Below are positions 1 to 8,593 of a stretch of DNA of 64,000 bases, piece by piece. Position 1 is the stretch's first letter; each line of letters begins with the position of its first letter. The DNA is from Candidatus Parcubacteria bacterium. Its GTDB lineage: Bacteria; Patescibacteriota; Minisyncoccia; Phycocordibacterales; Zambryskibacteraceae. The notes beneath the pieces were generated by a model, which worked only from the letters and a program-made list of their open reading frames with translations, was not told the origin of the DNA and did not search any database. The position numbers were made by a program, and so were the translations under genes. The stretch is taken from assembly GCA_019658995.1 (NCBI GenBank), contig JAIFWN010000003.1, positions 2,436 through 66,435 of the forward strand, written 5' to 3'.

Positions 1-525
1 CTCTTCGGTAATACCCTTTATGCGGGCATTATTGTTCTGAAATTTCCCAGCCTTGAGACTGTAGAGGTGGTAACCGCCAAAACCGAAACCAATTTTCCTT
101 ATATCCCCGGCCTTCTCTCCTTCCGTGAGATACCGGCGCTGCTTAAATGCGTGGAGAAACTTTCAACAAAGCCCGACGTCTTTATGGTAGATGGGCAGGG
201 TATAGCTCACCCAAGGCGCTTGGGAATTGCCTCGCATCTGGGCGTTGAGCTCGGTATACCAACCATCGGTGTAGGGAAGAGCGTTCTCTACGGTAAGACT
301 GAGGGAGAGAGGCTCATAGATCCCAAAAGCTGTGAAATCATCGGTTCGGTTATAAAGACCAAGCCTAGGACAAATCCCCTGATAGTCTCCCCCGGACATC
401 TCATAACTCTCGAGGAATCCGTGGAAATAGTCCGGAATACCTTGAGTGGTTATAAGCTTCCGGAACCTACCAGGAGAGCACACAGCTTGGTAAACGATTT
501 TCGGAAAGGAATTATTAATAGTTAA
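1..525 (+). CDS. nfi: Endonuclease V (5'-truncated by window edge)
   Basis: Frame is open from base 1. Motifs FPYIPGLLSFRE, VDGQGIAHPRRLGIASHLG, PTIGVGKS, VSPGH, KLPEPTR. Confidence 0.95.
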   Translation, partial: LFGNTLYAGIIVLKFPSLETVEVVTAKTETNFPYIPGLLSFREIPALLKCVEKLSTKPDVFMVDGQGIAHPRRLGIASHLGVELGIPTIGVGKSVLYGKTEGERLIDPKSCEIIGSVIKTKPRTNPLIVSPGHLITLEESVEIVRNTLSGYKLPEPTRRAHSLVNDFRKGIINS

Positions 526-530
526 AAACC

Positions 531-743
531 ATGGCAGTAGAAATAAACAACAATCCCGGAGGAGGCGGTAATGATGGCGGCGGCAGTGCAATGACCGCTA
601 TCGTGGCTATCCTTGTCATCGTCATTATCGGACTTGCAATCTGGTTCGGTTTCCGCGGCCGCGGAGCATCGACAGACGGAGGGGCGAATATAAACGTCTC
701 CTTACCCGCAGGGAGCGGAGACGCGGGCGGCCCCGCATACTAA
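531..743 (+). CDS. Small single-pass membrane protein
   Basis: 70-aa ORF with one hydrophobic helix (AIVAILVIVIIGLAIWFGF), directly after nfi and before a terminator. Confidence 0.7.
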   Translation: MAVEINNNPGGGGNDGGGSAMTAIVAILVIVIIGLAIWFGFRGRGASTDGGANINVSLPAGSGDAGGPAY

Positions 744-746
744 GAC

Positions 747-775
747 AAATCCCGGCTCAGCCGGGATTTTGTTTT
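747..775 (+). terminator. Rho-independent terminator
   Basis: AAATCCCGGC-TCA-GCCGGGATTT stem followed by a T-rich tract. Confidence 0.85.
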
Positions 776-822
776 GCAAAAGAGGCTCAAATTAAGTAAC
801 ATTAAAGCCGTTTTCGCAATGT

Positions 823-898
823 GCCAAGATAGCTCAGTTGGTAGAGCACATCCATGGTAAGGATGAGGTCCCCGGTTCGATCCCGGGTCTTGGCTCCA
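823..898 (+). tRNA. tRNA-Thr(GGT)
   Basis: Acceptor stem GCCAAGA/TCTTGGC, D-arm AGCTCAGTTGGTAGAGC, anticodon arm CATCC-AT GGT AA-GGATG, T-loop GTTCGAT, encoded CCA. Confidence 0.97.
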
Positions 899-899
899 G

Positions 900-972
900 G
901 CCACCCTAGCTCAGTTGGTAGAGCACCGCTTTCGTAAAGCGGGGGTCCGCAGTTCGATCCTGCGGGGTGGCT
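900..972 (+). tRNA. tRNA-Thr(CGT)
   Basis: Acceptor stem GCCACCC/GGGTGGC, anticodon arm CCGCT-TT CGT AA-AGCGG, T-loop GTTCGAT. CCA not encoded. Starts 1 nt after the previous tRNA. Confidence 0.96.
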
Positions 973-979
973 CACGGCT

Positions 980-1858
980 ATGGCTTCCAAAGAAGATATA
1001 CAAAAGAAAATTAATGAGATAGAAGAGCGGATGGCTGCCGCTGACTTTTGGAATGATAAGAATAAGGCCCAGACAGATATCAAAGAGCTGCAGAATCTCA
1101 AAGACGAACTGGAAGGAGTTGGTAAATACGACAAGGGCGGAGCGGTGGTCACGATATTTAGCGGTGCGGGCGGGGACGATGCGGAGGATTTTACCCGCCT
1201 GCTTCTTGAAATGTATTTGAAATACTTCGAGAAGAAGGGATTCAAGGCCACGGTTTTGAATAAGAATGAGAACGACCATGGCGGCTTCCGAAATATTACT
1301 CTCGATGTCGACGGTAAAAACGTTTATGGCACGCTCAAGAACGAATCAGGCGTGCACCGTCTGGTGCGTATCTCGCCATTCGGCTCGCGCGGTATAAGAC
1401 AAACCTCCTTCAGTATGGTCGAGGTCATACCGAAGTTCGAGAAGGCGGATGAGCTTGAGATTCCTCCGGATGAGATCCGTATCGAGCTCTCTCGATCAAG
1501 CGGACCTGGAGGGCAGAATGTGAACAAGCGCGAGACTGCCGTTCGCGCAGTGCATATACCTACCAATTTGGCAGTGCACGTTGAGACGGAGCGCAGTCAG
1601 GCCCAGAACAAGGAGAAGGCACTCGCCATGCTCTCGGCTAAACTCTATAAACTCCGCGATGATGAGAGAAAGGCCAAGGAGAAAGGTATGTATGTATCTA
1701 AGACGACAGCCAATGAATGGGGGAGCCAGATCCGTTCGTATGTCTTGCATCCGTACAAATTAGTGAAGGATCACCGCACTGAATACGAATCTCATGATCC
1801 CGATTCAATCCTTGGCGGCAACCTTGACGAGTTCATAGAGGCCGAGAAAAATCTCTAG
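980..1858 (+). CDS. prfB: Peptide chain release factor 2 (short form)
   Basis: GAGG, ESGVHRLVRISPF (SPF motif = RF2), GPGGQNVNK, WGSQIRSYVLHPY. Confidence 0.95.
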   Translation: MASKEDIQKKINEIEERMAAADFWNDKNKAQTDIKELQNLKDELEGVGKYDKGGAVVTIFSGAGGDDAEDFTRLLLEMYLKYFEKKGFKATVLNKNENDHGGFRNITLDVDGKNVYGTLKNESGVHRLVRISPFGSRGIRQTSFSMVEVIPKFEKADELEIPPDEIRIELSRSSGPGGQNVNKRETAVRAVHIPTNLAVHVETERSQAQNKEKALAMLSAKLYKLRDDERKAKEKGMYVSKTTANEWGSQIRSYVLHPYKLVKDHRTEYESHDPDSILGGNLDEFIEAEKNL

Positions 1859-1893
1859 CCGAGGTACTTCAAAAATGGTAAAATCAGGAATAT

Positions 1894-2574
1894 ATGATTT
1901 TCTTTGACCGTGTGAGCAAGGTCTATCCCGACGGCTCCGTAGCTCTCCAGAATGTCACCCTGACCATAGAACCCAAGGAATTCGTATCTATCGTTGGCCA
2001 GTCCGGCGCAGGCAAGACCACGCTCCTAAAAATGCTTCTGGCCGAGGAGATTCCTACCGATGGGCAGGTCTTCTTTGAATCCTCGGATGTTCACGATCTG
2101 GGTAAGAACGAGATGAACGAACTTCGCCGCAAAATCGGCATGGTCTTCCAGGACTACAGGCTTATATCAGGGAAGACTGTGTACGAGAACATAGCCTTTA
2201 CCATGGAAGCGGCAGGGAAGACAGATGAAGAGATAGAGCAGGATGTCCCGCACGTCTTAGAGCTGGTGGACCTGTCGAGCAAGATATGGAACTTTCCCAA
2301 GGAGCTCTCCGGCGGCGAAAAGCAGAGAGTGGCCATTGCCAGGGCCTTAGTCAACCAGCCTGACGTCTTGGTGGCCGATGAGCCGACTGGTAACCTGGAT
2401 CCGGTTAATACTTATGACATAGTCCAGATCCTGAAGAGGATCAATGATATAGGCACGACCGTCATCCTCACCACTCACAACAAGGGCATTATAGATTCAC
2501 TCGGTAAGCGGGTTATAGTCATGGAGAAGGGTAAAATCATAAGAGACGACAAACAGGGTAAATATTTTATATAA
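1894..2574 (+). CDS. ftsE: Cell division ATP-binding protein FtsE
   Basis: Walker A GQSGAGKT, VFQDYRL, LSGGEKQR, ADEPTGNLD. Lies upstream of ftsX. Confidence 0.92.
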   Translation: MIFFDRVSKVYPDGSVALQNVTLTIEPKEFVSIVGQSGAGKTTLLKMLLAEEIPTDGQVFFESSDVHDLGKNEMNELRRKIGMVFQDYRLISGKTVYENIAFTMEAAGKTDEEIEQDVPHVLELVDLSSKIWNFPKELSGGEKQRVAIARALVNQPDVLVADEPTGNLDPVNTYDIVQILKRINDIGTTVILTTHNKGIIDSLGKRVIVMEKGKIIRDDKQGKYFI

Positions 2575-2583
2575 TCTACCGAC

Positions 2584-3510
2584 ATGTTCTGGACCAATTT
2601 CAAAAGAATATCACGCACCGGATTCATGAACTTCTGGAGAAACGGCACAGTCTCTCTGGCGTCGGTCTTTATGATGATCGTAACGCTTCTCGTCATCGGC
2701 TTCATCATCTTCGGCAGCGCCATACTCAATACCTCTCTCAATGCCCTGAGGCAGAAAGTCGATATAACCGTCACTTTCATCCCTACTGCATCCGAAGGCG
2801 ACATCACAAACATCAAGCGTTCGCTCGAGAACCTTCCGGAGGTCTCGCTGGTTACGTACACTTCACGCTCACAGGCACTGGAGGACTTCAAGAAGCGCCA
2901 TGAGAACGACCAGTCCATATTGACCGCTCTCAATGAACTCAACGAAAACCCACTCGGAGCATCTCTCGATGTCAAAGCCAAAGATCCCTCGCAATACCAA
3001 AGTATTGCCCAGTTCCTTGAGGGCAACAATGCTCTTTCGGCTTCCGGCGTGACTATCATCGACCATGTCAACTATTATCAGAACAAAGTGGCCATAGATA
3101 AGCTCACAGGCATCATCAGGAGCGCCGACAAGCTCGGCCTGGCTATTGCCATAGCTTTCATCCTTCTCTCGATACTTATCGCTTTCAACACCATACGCCT
3201 GACTATATATATCGCACGCGAGGAGATCAGCGTTATGCGCCTGGTCGGAGCCTCTACAGCTTACATACAAGGCCCGTTTGTTACCGTCGGAATTATTTAT
3301 GGTTTGGTGGCAACCGTGCTAGCGCTCATCCTCTTTCTGCCGATTACCTATTGGATAGGGAACGTTACCCAGGACTTCTTCATCGGGATGAATCTATTCT
3401 CGTATTATCTACACAACTTTCTACAGATTGCCGCCATTCTGCTCGGTTCCGGTATAATCATCGGTGCAATATCCTCCTTCTGGGCCATCCGCAGGTATCT
3501 TAAGGTTTAA
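2584..3510 (+). CDS. ftsX: Cell division permease FtsX
   Basis: TM1, extracellular loop with NPLGASL, NTIRLTIYIAREEISVMRLVGAS, GPF motif, three C-terminal TM helices. Confidence 0.92.
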   Translation: MFWTNFKRISRTGFMNFWRNGTVSLASVFMMIVTLLVIGFIIFGSAILNTSLNALRQKVDITVTFIPTASEGDITNIKRSLENLPEVSLVTYTSRSQALEDFKKRHENDQSILTALNELNENPLGASLDVKAKDPSQYQSIAQFLEGNNALSASGVTIIDHVNYYQNKVAIDKLTGIIRSADKLGLAIAIAFILLSILIAFNTIRLTIYIAREEISVMRLVGASTAYIQGPFVTVGIIYGLVATVLALILFLPITYWIGNVTQDFFIGMNLFSYYLHNFLQIAAILLGSGIIIGAISSFWAIRRYLKV

Positions 3511-4250
3511 GCCTTAATTTTACTGAAAAGGTAAGAGCCAATACCAAGGAAAGCCAGTGCGATTATCGTCACAATTGCAAAGTCGAGACCGAGTGAGAAG
3601 TGGTTACCGCCGATAAGCAGCCCGCGTATACCATCGACGTAGTAAGTCATGGGGTTGGCATGAACGATATAACCTAGAATCTTCGGCAGACCTTCGATGG
3701 GGAACATCGATCCCGAGAGGAAGAACATCGGCGTGACTATAAACTGCATGACGATAGGAAAGCCCTGCATGTCATCAAGCACTGATGCAATCCCTGTGCC
3801 GAGCGCTGTGAAGAGAAGCGCTCCGATAAACATGAAAAGGAGGGCGAGGAGAAGGTAATGGGTCTCTGGCCTGAAGCCGAAAAACATCGAAATGATGACC
3901 ACTATGACTCCCTGGATTGAAGCGACGGTGGCGCCGCCCAAAGTACGGCCGATCATAGTGTTTATGCGAGAGACCGGGGCGACCATAGTTTCCTTTAGGA
4001 AACCGAACTGCTTGTCCCAGATCACTTCTATGCCGCCGAAGACTGCGGTGAAGAGAACGGACATGGCCACAACTCCAGGAGAGAGAAACTGCAGGTAGTT
4101 GCCTTGCCCTGCCTGTTTGAATATCGATCCGAATCCGTATCCGAGCGCAAGAAGGAAAAAGAGCGGCTGTCCCAAAGTACCGACTATGCGCGAAGGGCTT
4201 CTTAAATATTTTTTGACTTGCCTCTGCCAGAGTATGTAGATTGTCTGCAT
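3507..4250 (-). CDS. ABC-2 type exporter permease (DrrB-like)
   Basis: Six TM helices, DKQFGFLKETMVAPVSR, PMFFLSGSMFP, NPMTYYVDGIR. Alternative TTG start at 4265. Confidence 0.9.
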   Translation of the reverse strand: MQTIYILWQRQVKKYLRSPSRIVGTLGQPLFFLLALGYGFGSIFKQAGQGNYLQFLSPGVVAMSVLFTAVFGGIEVIWDKQFGFLKETMVAPVSRINTMIGRTLGGATVASIQGVIVVIISMFFGFRPETHYLLLALLFMFIGALLFTALGTGIASVLDDMQGFPIVMQFIVTPMFFLSGSMFPIEGLPKILGYIVHANPMTYYVDGIRGLLIGGNHFSLGLDFAIVTIIALAFLGIGSYLFSKIKA

Positions 4251-4265
4251 GTCTTTAATTAACAA

Positions 4266-5057
4266 TTAACGTTTTCCGGTCCACATCTTGGCCATGTTGC
4301 GGAACTCGTTTTCGCCTTCTTCTTCTCGTACCGCATGACCGGTAAGCTTCAGGAAGGCGGCTTCGAGTGAGTCGGTACCTGTCCTGCTCATCAGTTCTTC
4401 CGATGTTCCTATATCGACTATCACTCCATGATCTATGATGGCGATGCGATTAGCCATCTTCTCCGCCTCGTTCATGTAGTGGGTGGTGAGGAAGACTGTG
4501 ATGTTTTCCTTCTGGTTCAGATCCCTTATGTAGTTCCACAGCAAGTTCCTGGTCTGCGGATCGAGGCCGAGAGTCGGCTCGTCGAGGAAGAGTACCTTGG
4601 GGTGATGGAGGAGTCCTCTTGCGATCTCCAGGCGGCGCTTCATTCCGCCGGAGAAGTTTTTCACATAATCACCGCGGCGGTCATGAAGTTCCACGAGCTT
4701 AAGAAGTTCTTCTATGCGCGGACGGTAAACCTCTTTCTTCATCCCATAGAGTACGGCGTGAATCTCCATATTTTCATATGTGGTAAGGTCAGTGTCCAGA
4801 GACGGATCCTGAAATACAATGCCGAAAGACTTTCTTACTTCATCGGGATTATCTTCCGGATCGAAGTTGTTCAGCTTTATCTCGCCATCCGTTTTAGGCA
4901 GGAGAGTAGTCAACATTTTAATGGTTGTGGTCTTTCCTGCGCCGTTAGGGCCGAGAAATGCGAAAATCTCGCCCCTCTCAACATTGAAGGATATATGCTT
5001 CACTACCTCGCGATCGCCGAATTTCTTGCTCAGGTTTTTAACTTCTATGATCATCAA
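4266..5057 (-). CDS. ABC exporter ATP-binding protein (DrrA-like)
   Basis: GPNGAGKTT, FSGGMKRRLEIARG, LFLDEPTLGLD, TTHYMNEA. Confidence 0.92.
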   Translation of the reverse strand: MMIIEVKNLSKKFGDREVVKHISFNVERGEIFAFLGPNGAGKTTTIKMLTTLLPKTDGEIKLNNFDPEDNPDEVRKSFGIVFQDPSLDTDLTTYENMEIHAVLYGMKKEVYRPRIEELLKLVELHDRRGDYVKNFSGGMKRRLEIARGLLHHPKVLFLDEPTLGLDPQTRNLLWNYIRDLNQKENITVFLTTHYMNEAEKMANRIAIIDHGVIVDIGTSEELMSRTGTDSLEAAFLKLTGHAVREEEGENEFRNMAKMWTGKR

Positions 5058-5071
5058 TGGGTAGTATATAA

Positions 5072-5097
5072 TACGAGAGTACCCACTTTATCTTACA
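5072..5097 (-). promoter_or_regulatory. Putative ECF-sigma-type promoter (TGTAAG-N16-CGTA)
   Basis: The same motif recurs at 5815-5840 and 6882-6908 upstream of minus-strand genes. Confidence 0.4.
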
Positions 5098-5115
5098 AGT
5101 AGAGCAAACACAACA

Positions 5116-5592
5116 ATGAGCAGTAAAATAATCGCTTTAATAGCCGTGGCTATAGTAATTATCGGCGGATGGCTTGTTTACAAGCAGAGCGGGGACGGGA
5201 CTAGTCTGGAAAATCCAATCCCGGACGCGGCCCTAAATAACCCTAATCCGAATAACACCGCTTCGGAAAACACATCTACTTCCCCGGATCCGGCTCTCAG
5301 CCAAACTCCGGCAGGCTCTGTAAAAGAGTTTACCGTTACCGGAAGCAGCTTTACCTTCGCGCCTAAGACCATGACGGTAAATAAGGGAGATACGGTCAAG
5401 ATCAACTTCGTAAACTCCGGCGGCAGCCATGACTTCGTAATTGACGAGTTTAATGTGAAGACACCTGTTCTTCAGAGCGGACAGAGCGCTTCGGTAACTT
5501 TTGTAGCGGACAAGGCCGGCGCTTTCGAATATTACTGTTCCGTGGGCACTCACCGCCAGATGGGTATGAAAGGCACGCTTACGGTCAAGTAA
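5116..5592 (+). CDS. Membrane-anchored cupredoxin (plastocyanin/azurin-like)
   Basis: N-terminal TM helix, low-complexity linker, type-1 copper ligands H (SHDF) and C-x4-H-x4-M (YYCSVGTHRQMGM). Confidence 0.88.
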   Translation: MSSKIIALIAVAIVIIGGWLVYKQSGDGTSLENPIPDAALNNPNPNNTASENTSTSPDPALSQTPAGSVKEFTVTGSSFTFAPKTMTVNKGDTVKINFVNSGGSHDFVIDEFNVKTPVLQSGQSASVTFVADKAGAFEYYCSVGTHRQMGMKGTLTVK

Positions 5593-5625
5593 AAGAAAAA
5601 CCCCGCCGAGGCGGGGTTTTTTCTT
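5593..5625. terminator. Bidirectional intrinsic terminator
   Basis: AAGAAAAACCCCGCC-GA-GGCGGGGTTTTTTCTT between convergent genes. Confidence 0.9.
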
Positions 5626-5776
5626 ATCTGATAGGGTTCTCTCCTCTGATGAGACGGATGAGAATCATGATGATAGCGATCACAAGAAGCAGGTGGATGA
5701 ACCCGCCCAGAGTGTACGAAGTCACGAGACCCAAGAGCCAGAGGATAAGAAGGATAACAGCTATAGTAACAAGCAT
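5624..5776 (-). CDS. lmo0937-family (DUF5670-like) small membrane protein, not in ORF track
   Basis: Manual translation, 50 aa: MLVTIAVILLILWLLGLVTSYTLGGFIHLLLVIAIIMILIRLIRGENPIR. WLLG...GGFIHLLLV is the family hallmark. Confidence 0.85.
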   Translation of the reverse strand: MLVTIAVILLILWLLGLVTSYTLGGFIHLLLVIAIIMILIRLIRGENPIR

Positions 5777-5835
5777 GTTTCTATAATGATTAACTTATTT
5801 CGCACACATGAATAGACGCCATCCTCTATCTCTTC

Positions 5836-6414
5836 TTACGCAAGCACCTTATGTGCGAGACCCATCTCTACAGCTTCCGCCGCGGTAAGAATTGTGTTCT
5901 TGCCCATCATCTCGAGGATCATGGCCGGAGTATACCTACCGTTCGTTGCATCTGAGACTACGCATGCATACTGGAAATCCTTGAGATGATCCTCATTGAG
6001 CATGGATTCCATATCCTCGACCGTGTAGCGCTTGTCGCCGCCGAAGGTTCTGCCGGCGAGATGGAGGAGAAGGGTAGTGTTCTTAGTCAGAAATCTTTTC
6101 GAGCCGGAGAGGAAGACGATTATGCCGGACGAGTCTACATCGCCGCTGCCTATGGTGACGAGTTTGGGCTTGAGCCAGGATGTCATCGCGTCATAAAAGC
6201 TCATGCCTATGCCGGTAGTGCCTCCATAAGAGTTAACCATAAGATGTATCTCATCATTTGAATTCTCAATCATAAGACGTTTAACGCCGGCAAGAACCTG
6301 TTCGAGGTTCTGGTAGCTTACCCCGCCGAGCCACTCTAAAGTGCGCCCCGGCTTTGATATAAAAACTGCTGGCTTAGGAGAACTCTTCAATAAAGTGCGT
6401 GTTTGGGATTTCAT
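5836..6414 (-). CDS. ClpP-like protease subunit (divergent)
   Basis: IHLMVNSYGG, GDVDSSG (Ser), LLLH (His), LTAAEAVEMGL. Confidence 0.8.
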   Translation of the reverse strand: MKSQTRTLLKSSPKPAVFISKPGRTLEWLGGVSYQNLEQVLAGVKRLMIENSNDEIHLMVNSYGGTTGIGMSFYDAMTSWLKPKLVTIGSGDVDSSGIIVFLSGSKRFLTKNTTLLLHLAGRTFGGDKRYTVEDMESMLNEDHLKDFQYACVVSDATNGRYTPAMILEMMGKNTILTAAEAVEMGLAHKVLA

Positions 6415-6535
6415 TTATATCGACTTATTCATAATTTCACCCCTACATTGTAAATATAATTACACAACATGCAAGCTCATCAGTAAAGGTCAGTTGTGCA
6501 TAAGTGGAGAAGCTGTTGACAGAAAAGTGCACAAC

Positions 6536-6568
6536 GAAAATCCCGGCTTCCACCGGGATTTTCAAAAA
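6536..6568 (-). terminator. Intrinsic terminator downstream of the KGG gene
   Basis: GAAAATCCCGG-CTTCCA-CCGGGATTTTC inverted repeat. Confidence 0.75.
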
Positions 6569-6587
6569 GGATGCTGAGGATACATTA

Positions 6588-6803
6588 TTACCTGTTGCCC
6601 TCACCACCCTCATTGCCGCCGCTATTGCCACCGCGGCTTGAGCCACCCTTCCTGCCTGCATCGCGGGCTTCTTCGGAGGTGAATTCATGGGCAGTGCCTC
6701 TCTCGTGAGCTGCCTTGCCGCCCTTGCTTGCAATCTCTTTCTGCTTCTGCTCATCCATTCCTGCGAAACCGCGCCCAGTTCTGTTGTCGTTTTGATCAGC
6801 CAT
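6588..6803 (-). CDS. KGG-repeat general stress protein (YciG/GsiB/Con-10-like)
   Basis: RGFAGMDEQKQKEIASKGG...AHEFTSEEARDAGRKGG. Confidence 0.9.
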   Translation of the reverse strand: MADQNDNRTGRGFAGMDEQKQKEIASKGGKAAHERGTAHEFTSEEARDAGRKGGSSRGGNSGGNEGGEGNR

Positions 6804-6920
6804 GTTAGTGAATTATTTATTAAGTGATAGCCGATTATCGGTCTATCGATTGATTAATAATCTCGACCTTGGATATTTAACGACGAGTCATTCTCGAGCA
6901 GTCTTACAATTTTGTGTGGT

Positions 6921-7532
6921 CTAATTTATTTTTTTCGGAGTAAGCGGTATTCTTTTTTCCCTTTTCATCCAAATATAGGCAGCTGTAGCCACTATTACGG
7001 CTCCGATGAGGTTAACAATCATATCGCCCATAGTGTCCGGCAATCCAGTTTCCATCGTCCTGGCACCAGTGAATTTGTCGAAGATGAATTCGGCGATTTC
7101 CCAGATAGCTCCGATGGTAACCGAAAACATTACTGAAAATATCGCTGAAAAGCCCGAAGAGAGATTCAGCTTGCCTGATCCCTGGTTTAATATGTAAATA
7201 AAGACGAAGCCGAAGAATCCGAGCAGAAAGCCGGAACCGAAATGCAGGACGCCATCCCACCAAGGAAACTCCTCATAAAAATTTTCCAAGCTCCCGAGGA
7301 AAAGAGTTAAGAATATGAAGATAACCGAGGTAATTTCAAGCTCGAATGGAAGATAAATATCCCACCAGCGCTTCAGTATCCCCGGAGAGATCATCAGCAG
7401 GAAAATCAAGGCCGTATATACCGCCGAAGACCACTCTCTTTGCCAGAGGAAGGCCAGAGCGGCGGCTATCATTAGGGTTCGGAGGACGTAGTAGATTCCA
7501 ACAATTATTTTATTGGGTTTATCAGCCTTCAT
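6921..7532 (-). CDS. Multi-pass membrane protein (DUF2238/YjdF-like)
   Basis: FYEEFPWWDGVLHFGSG, GAIWEIAEF, DTMGDMIVNLIGA. Confidence 0.75.
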   Translation of the reverse strand: MKADKPNKIIVGIYYVLRTLMIAAALAFLWQREWSSAVYTALIFLLMISPGILKRWWDIYLPFELEITSVIFIFLTLFLGSLENFYEEFPWWDGVLHFGSGFLLGFFGFVFIYILNQGSGKLNLSSGFSAIFSVMFSVTIGAIWEIAEFIFDKFTGARTMETGLPDTMGDMIVNLIGAVIVATAAYIWMKREKRIPLTPKKIN

Positions 7533-8444
7533 CTATATAGAGACGAAGAGAGCCATAAACTTCATCGGATCGATGGAGATTCCACTGATTTTTACCGAGA
7601 TGTGGAGGTGGGGAAATTCGGCGTAGCCGGTCTGACCGCTCTTACCGATGCTCTGTCCCTTGGAAACATTCTGACCCTCTTCAATACTAACTTCCGAAAG
7701 ATGCATATATATGGTCTGAAGTCCAAACCCGTGATCTATGATAATAGTCTTACCGTAATTCCTAAACTCCCGCACGAGTCTCGCCTTACCACTGTTCATG
7801 GCATATACCGGTGTGCCGACAGCGGCACGGAAGTCGGTACCCTTATGGCTAATGGTAGTGTTTACCGTCGAGCGGGTATAGCCGTAGACATCGGTTATTT
7901 CCACCTTCTCCAGTGGAAAGCGGAACGGTCCCGACCACAATAACGCATTTTCCGACGGTACTGAGTTTATGATCGCATTTTCCTCAGCCAAGGTGGCAAT
8001 CAAATTGTTCGCCGCTTCGGGAGTATTGCCGCCGAGACTCTCAGGAATTCCGAGCGGAGCTGTAACTATCTGACGCTTGCTAATAATCAAATTCTTGCGC
8101 AGGGTGCGGCCATCGCTCAGGCTAAGAAACAGGGGATAGACTCCAACCGGCATCTTCAGATCTATACCGATGAGCGCCGTAGGCTTGTCATTGTATGTAA
8201 ATACCCCGAGTGGCTTGCCCTGGAATGTAAGTGATTTAATAGTCGAAGTACCTATGTTTTCGACTACTACTTCTGCCGGATCGCCCTGGAGAATTGTCTC
8301 CGGCAATATCGAAATCTTAACCTCTTGTATTTCAGTATCGGGCACATTTGGAGCGGTATTCTCTGGCGCTGTTGCGGGTTTGTGCCCCACAGCCAAAGCA
8401 ACAACTATAGCTGTGATTGTGACAATCAGTAAACCTCTCTTCAT
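7533..8444 (-). CDS. M23 family metallopeptidase, membrane-anchored
   Basis: HKGTD (HxxxD), YMHL, PHLH (HxH), IDPM. N-terminal TM helix. Confidence 0.92.
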   Translation of the reverse strand: MKRGLLIVTITAIVVALAVGHKPATAPENTAPNVPDTEIQEVKISILPETILQGDPAEVVVENIGTSTIKSLTFQGKPLGVFTYNDKPTALIGIDLKMPVGVYPLFLSLSDGRTLRKNLIISKRQIVTAPLGIPESLGGNTPEAANNLIATLAEENAIINSVPSENALLWSGPFRFPLEKVEITDVYGYTRSTVNTTISHKGTDFRAAVGTPVYAMNSGKARLVREFRNYGKTIIIDHGFGLQTIYMHLSEVSIEEGQNVSKGQSIGKSGQTGYAEFPHLHISVKISGISIDPMKFMALFVSI

Positions 8445-8499
8445 ATATACATTGTAACGTTGAAAAGAGGCTTAATTTACGTTATTGTGTCACGGTATT

Positions 8500-8570
8500 T
8501 GCCGATTCGTCTAATGGTAGGACGACCGCCTCTGGAGCGGTTAATTGGGGTTCGAGTCCCTGATCGGCAG
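8500..8570 (+). tRNA. tRNA-Gln(CTG)
   Basis: Acceptor stem TGCCGAT/ATCGGCA, anticodon arm ACCGC-CT CTG GA-GCGGT, T-loop GTTCGAG. CCA not encoded. Confidence 0.95.
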
Positions 8571-8593
8571 CAAACTCGTGGTATCATTATTAT

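Noticed and set aside
802-1279. Minus-strand ORFs over the tRNA-Thr pair and prfB
   Set aside because: Antisense to well-supported tRNAs and prfB.
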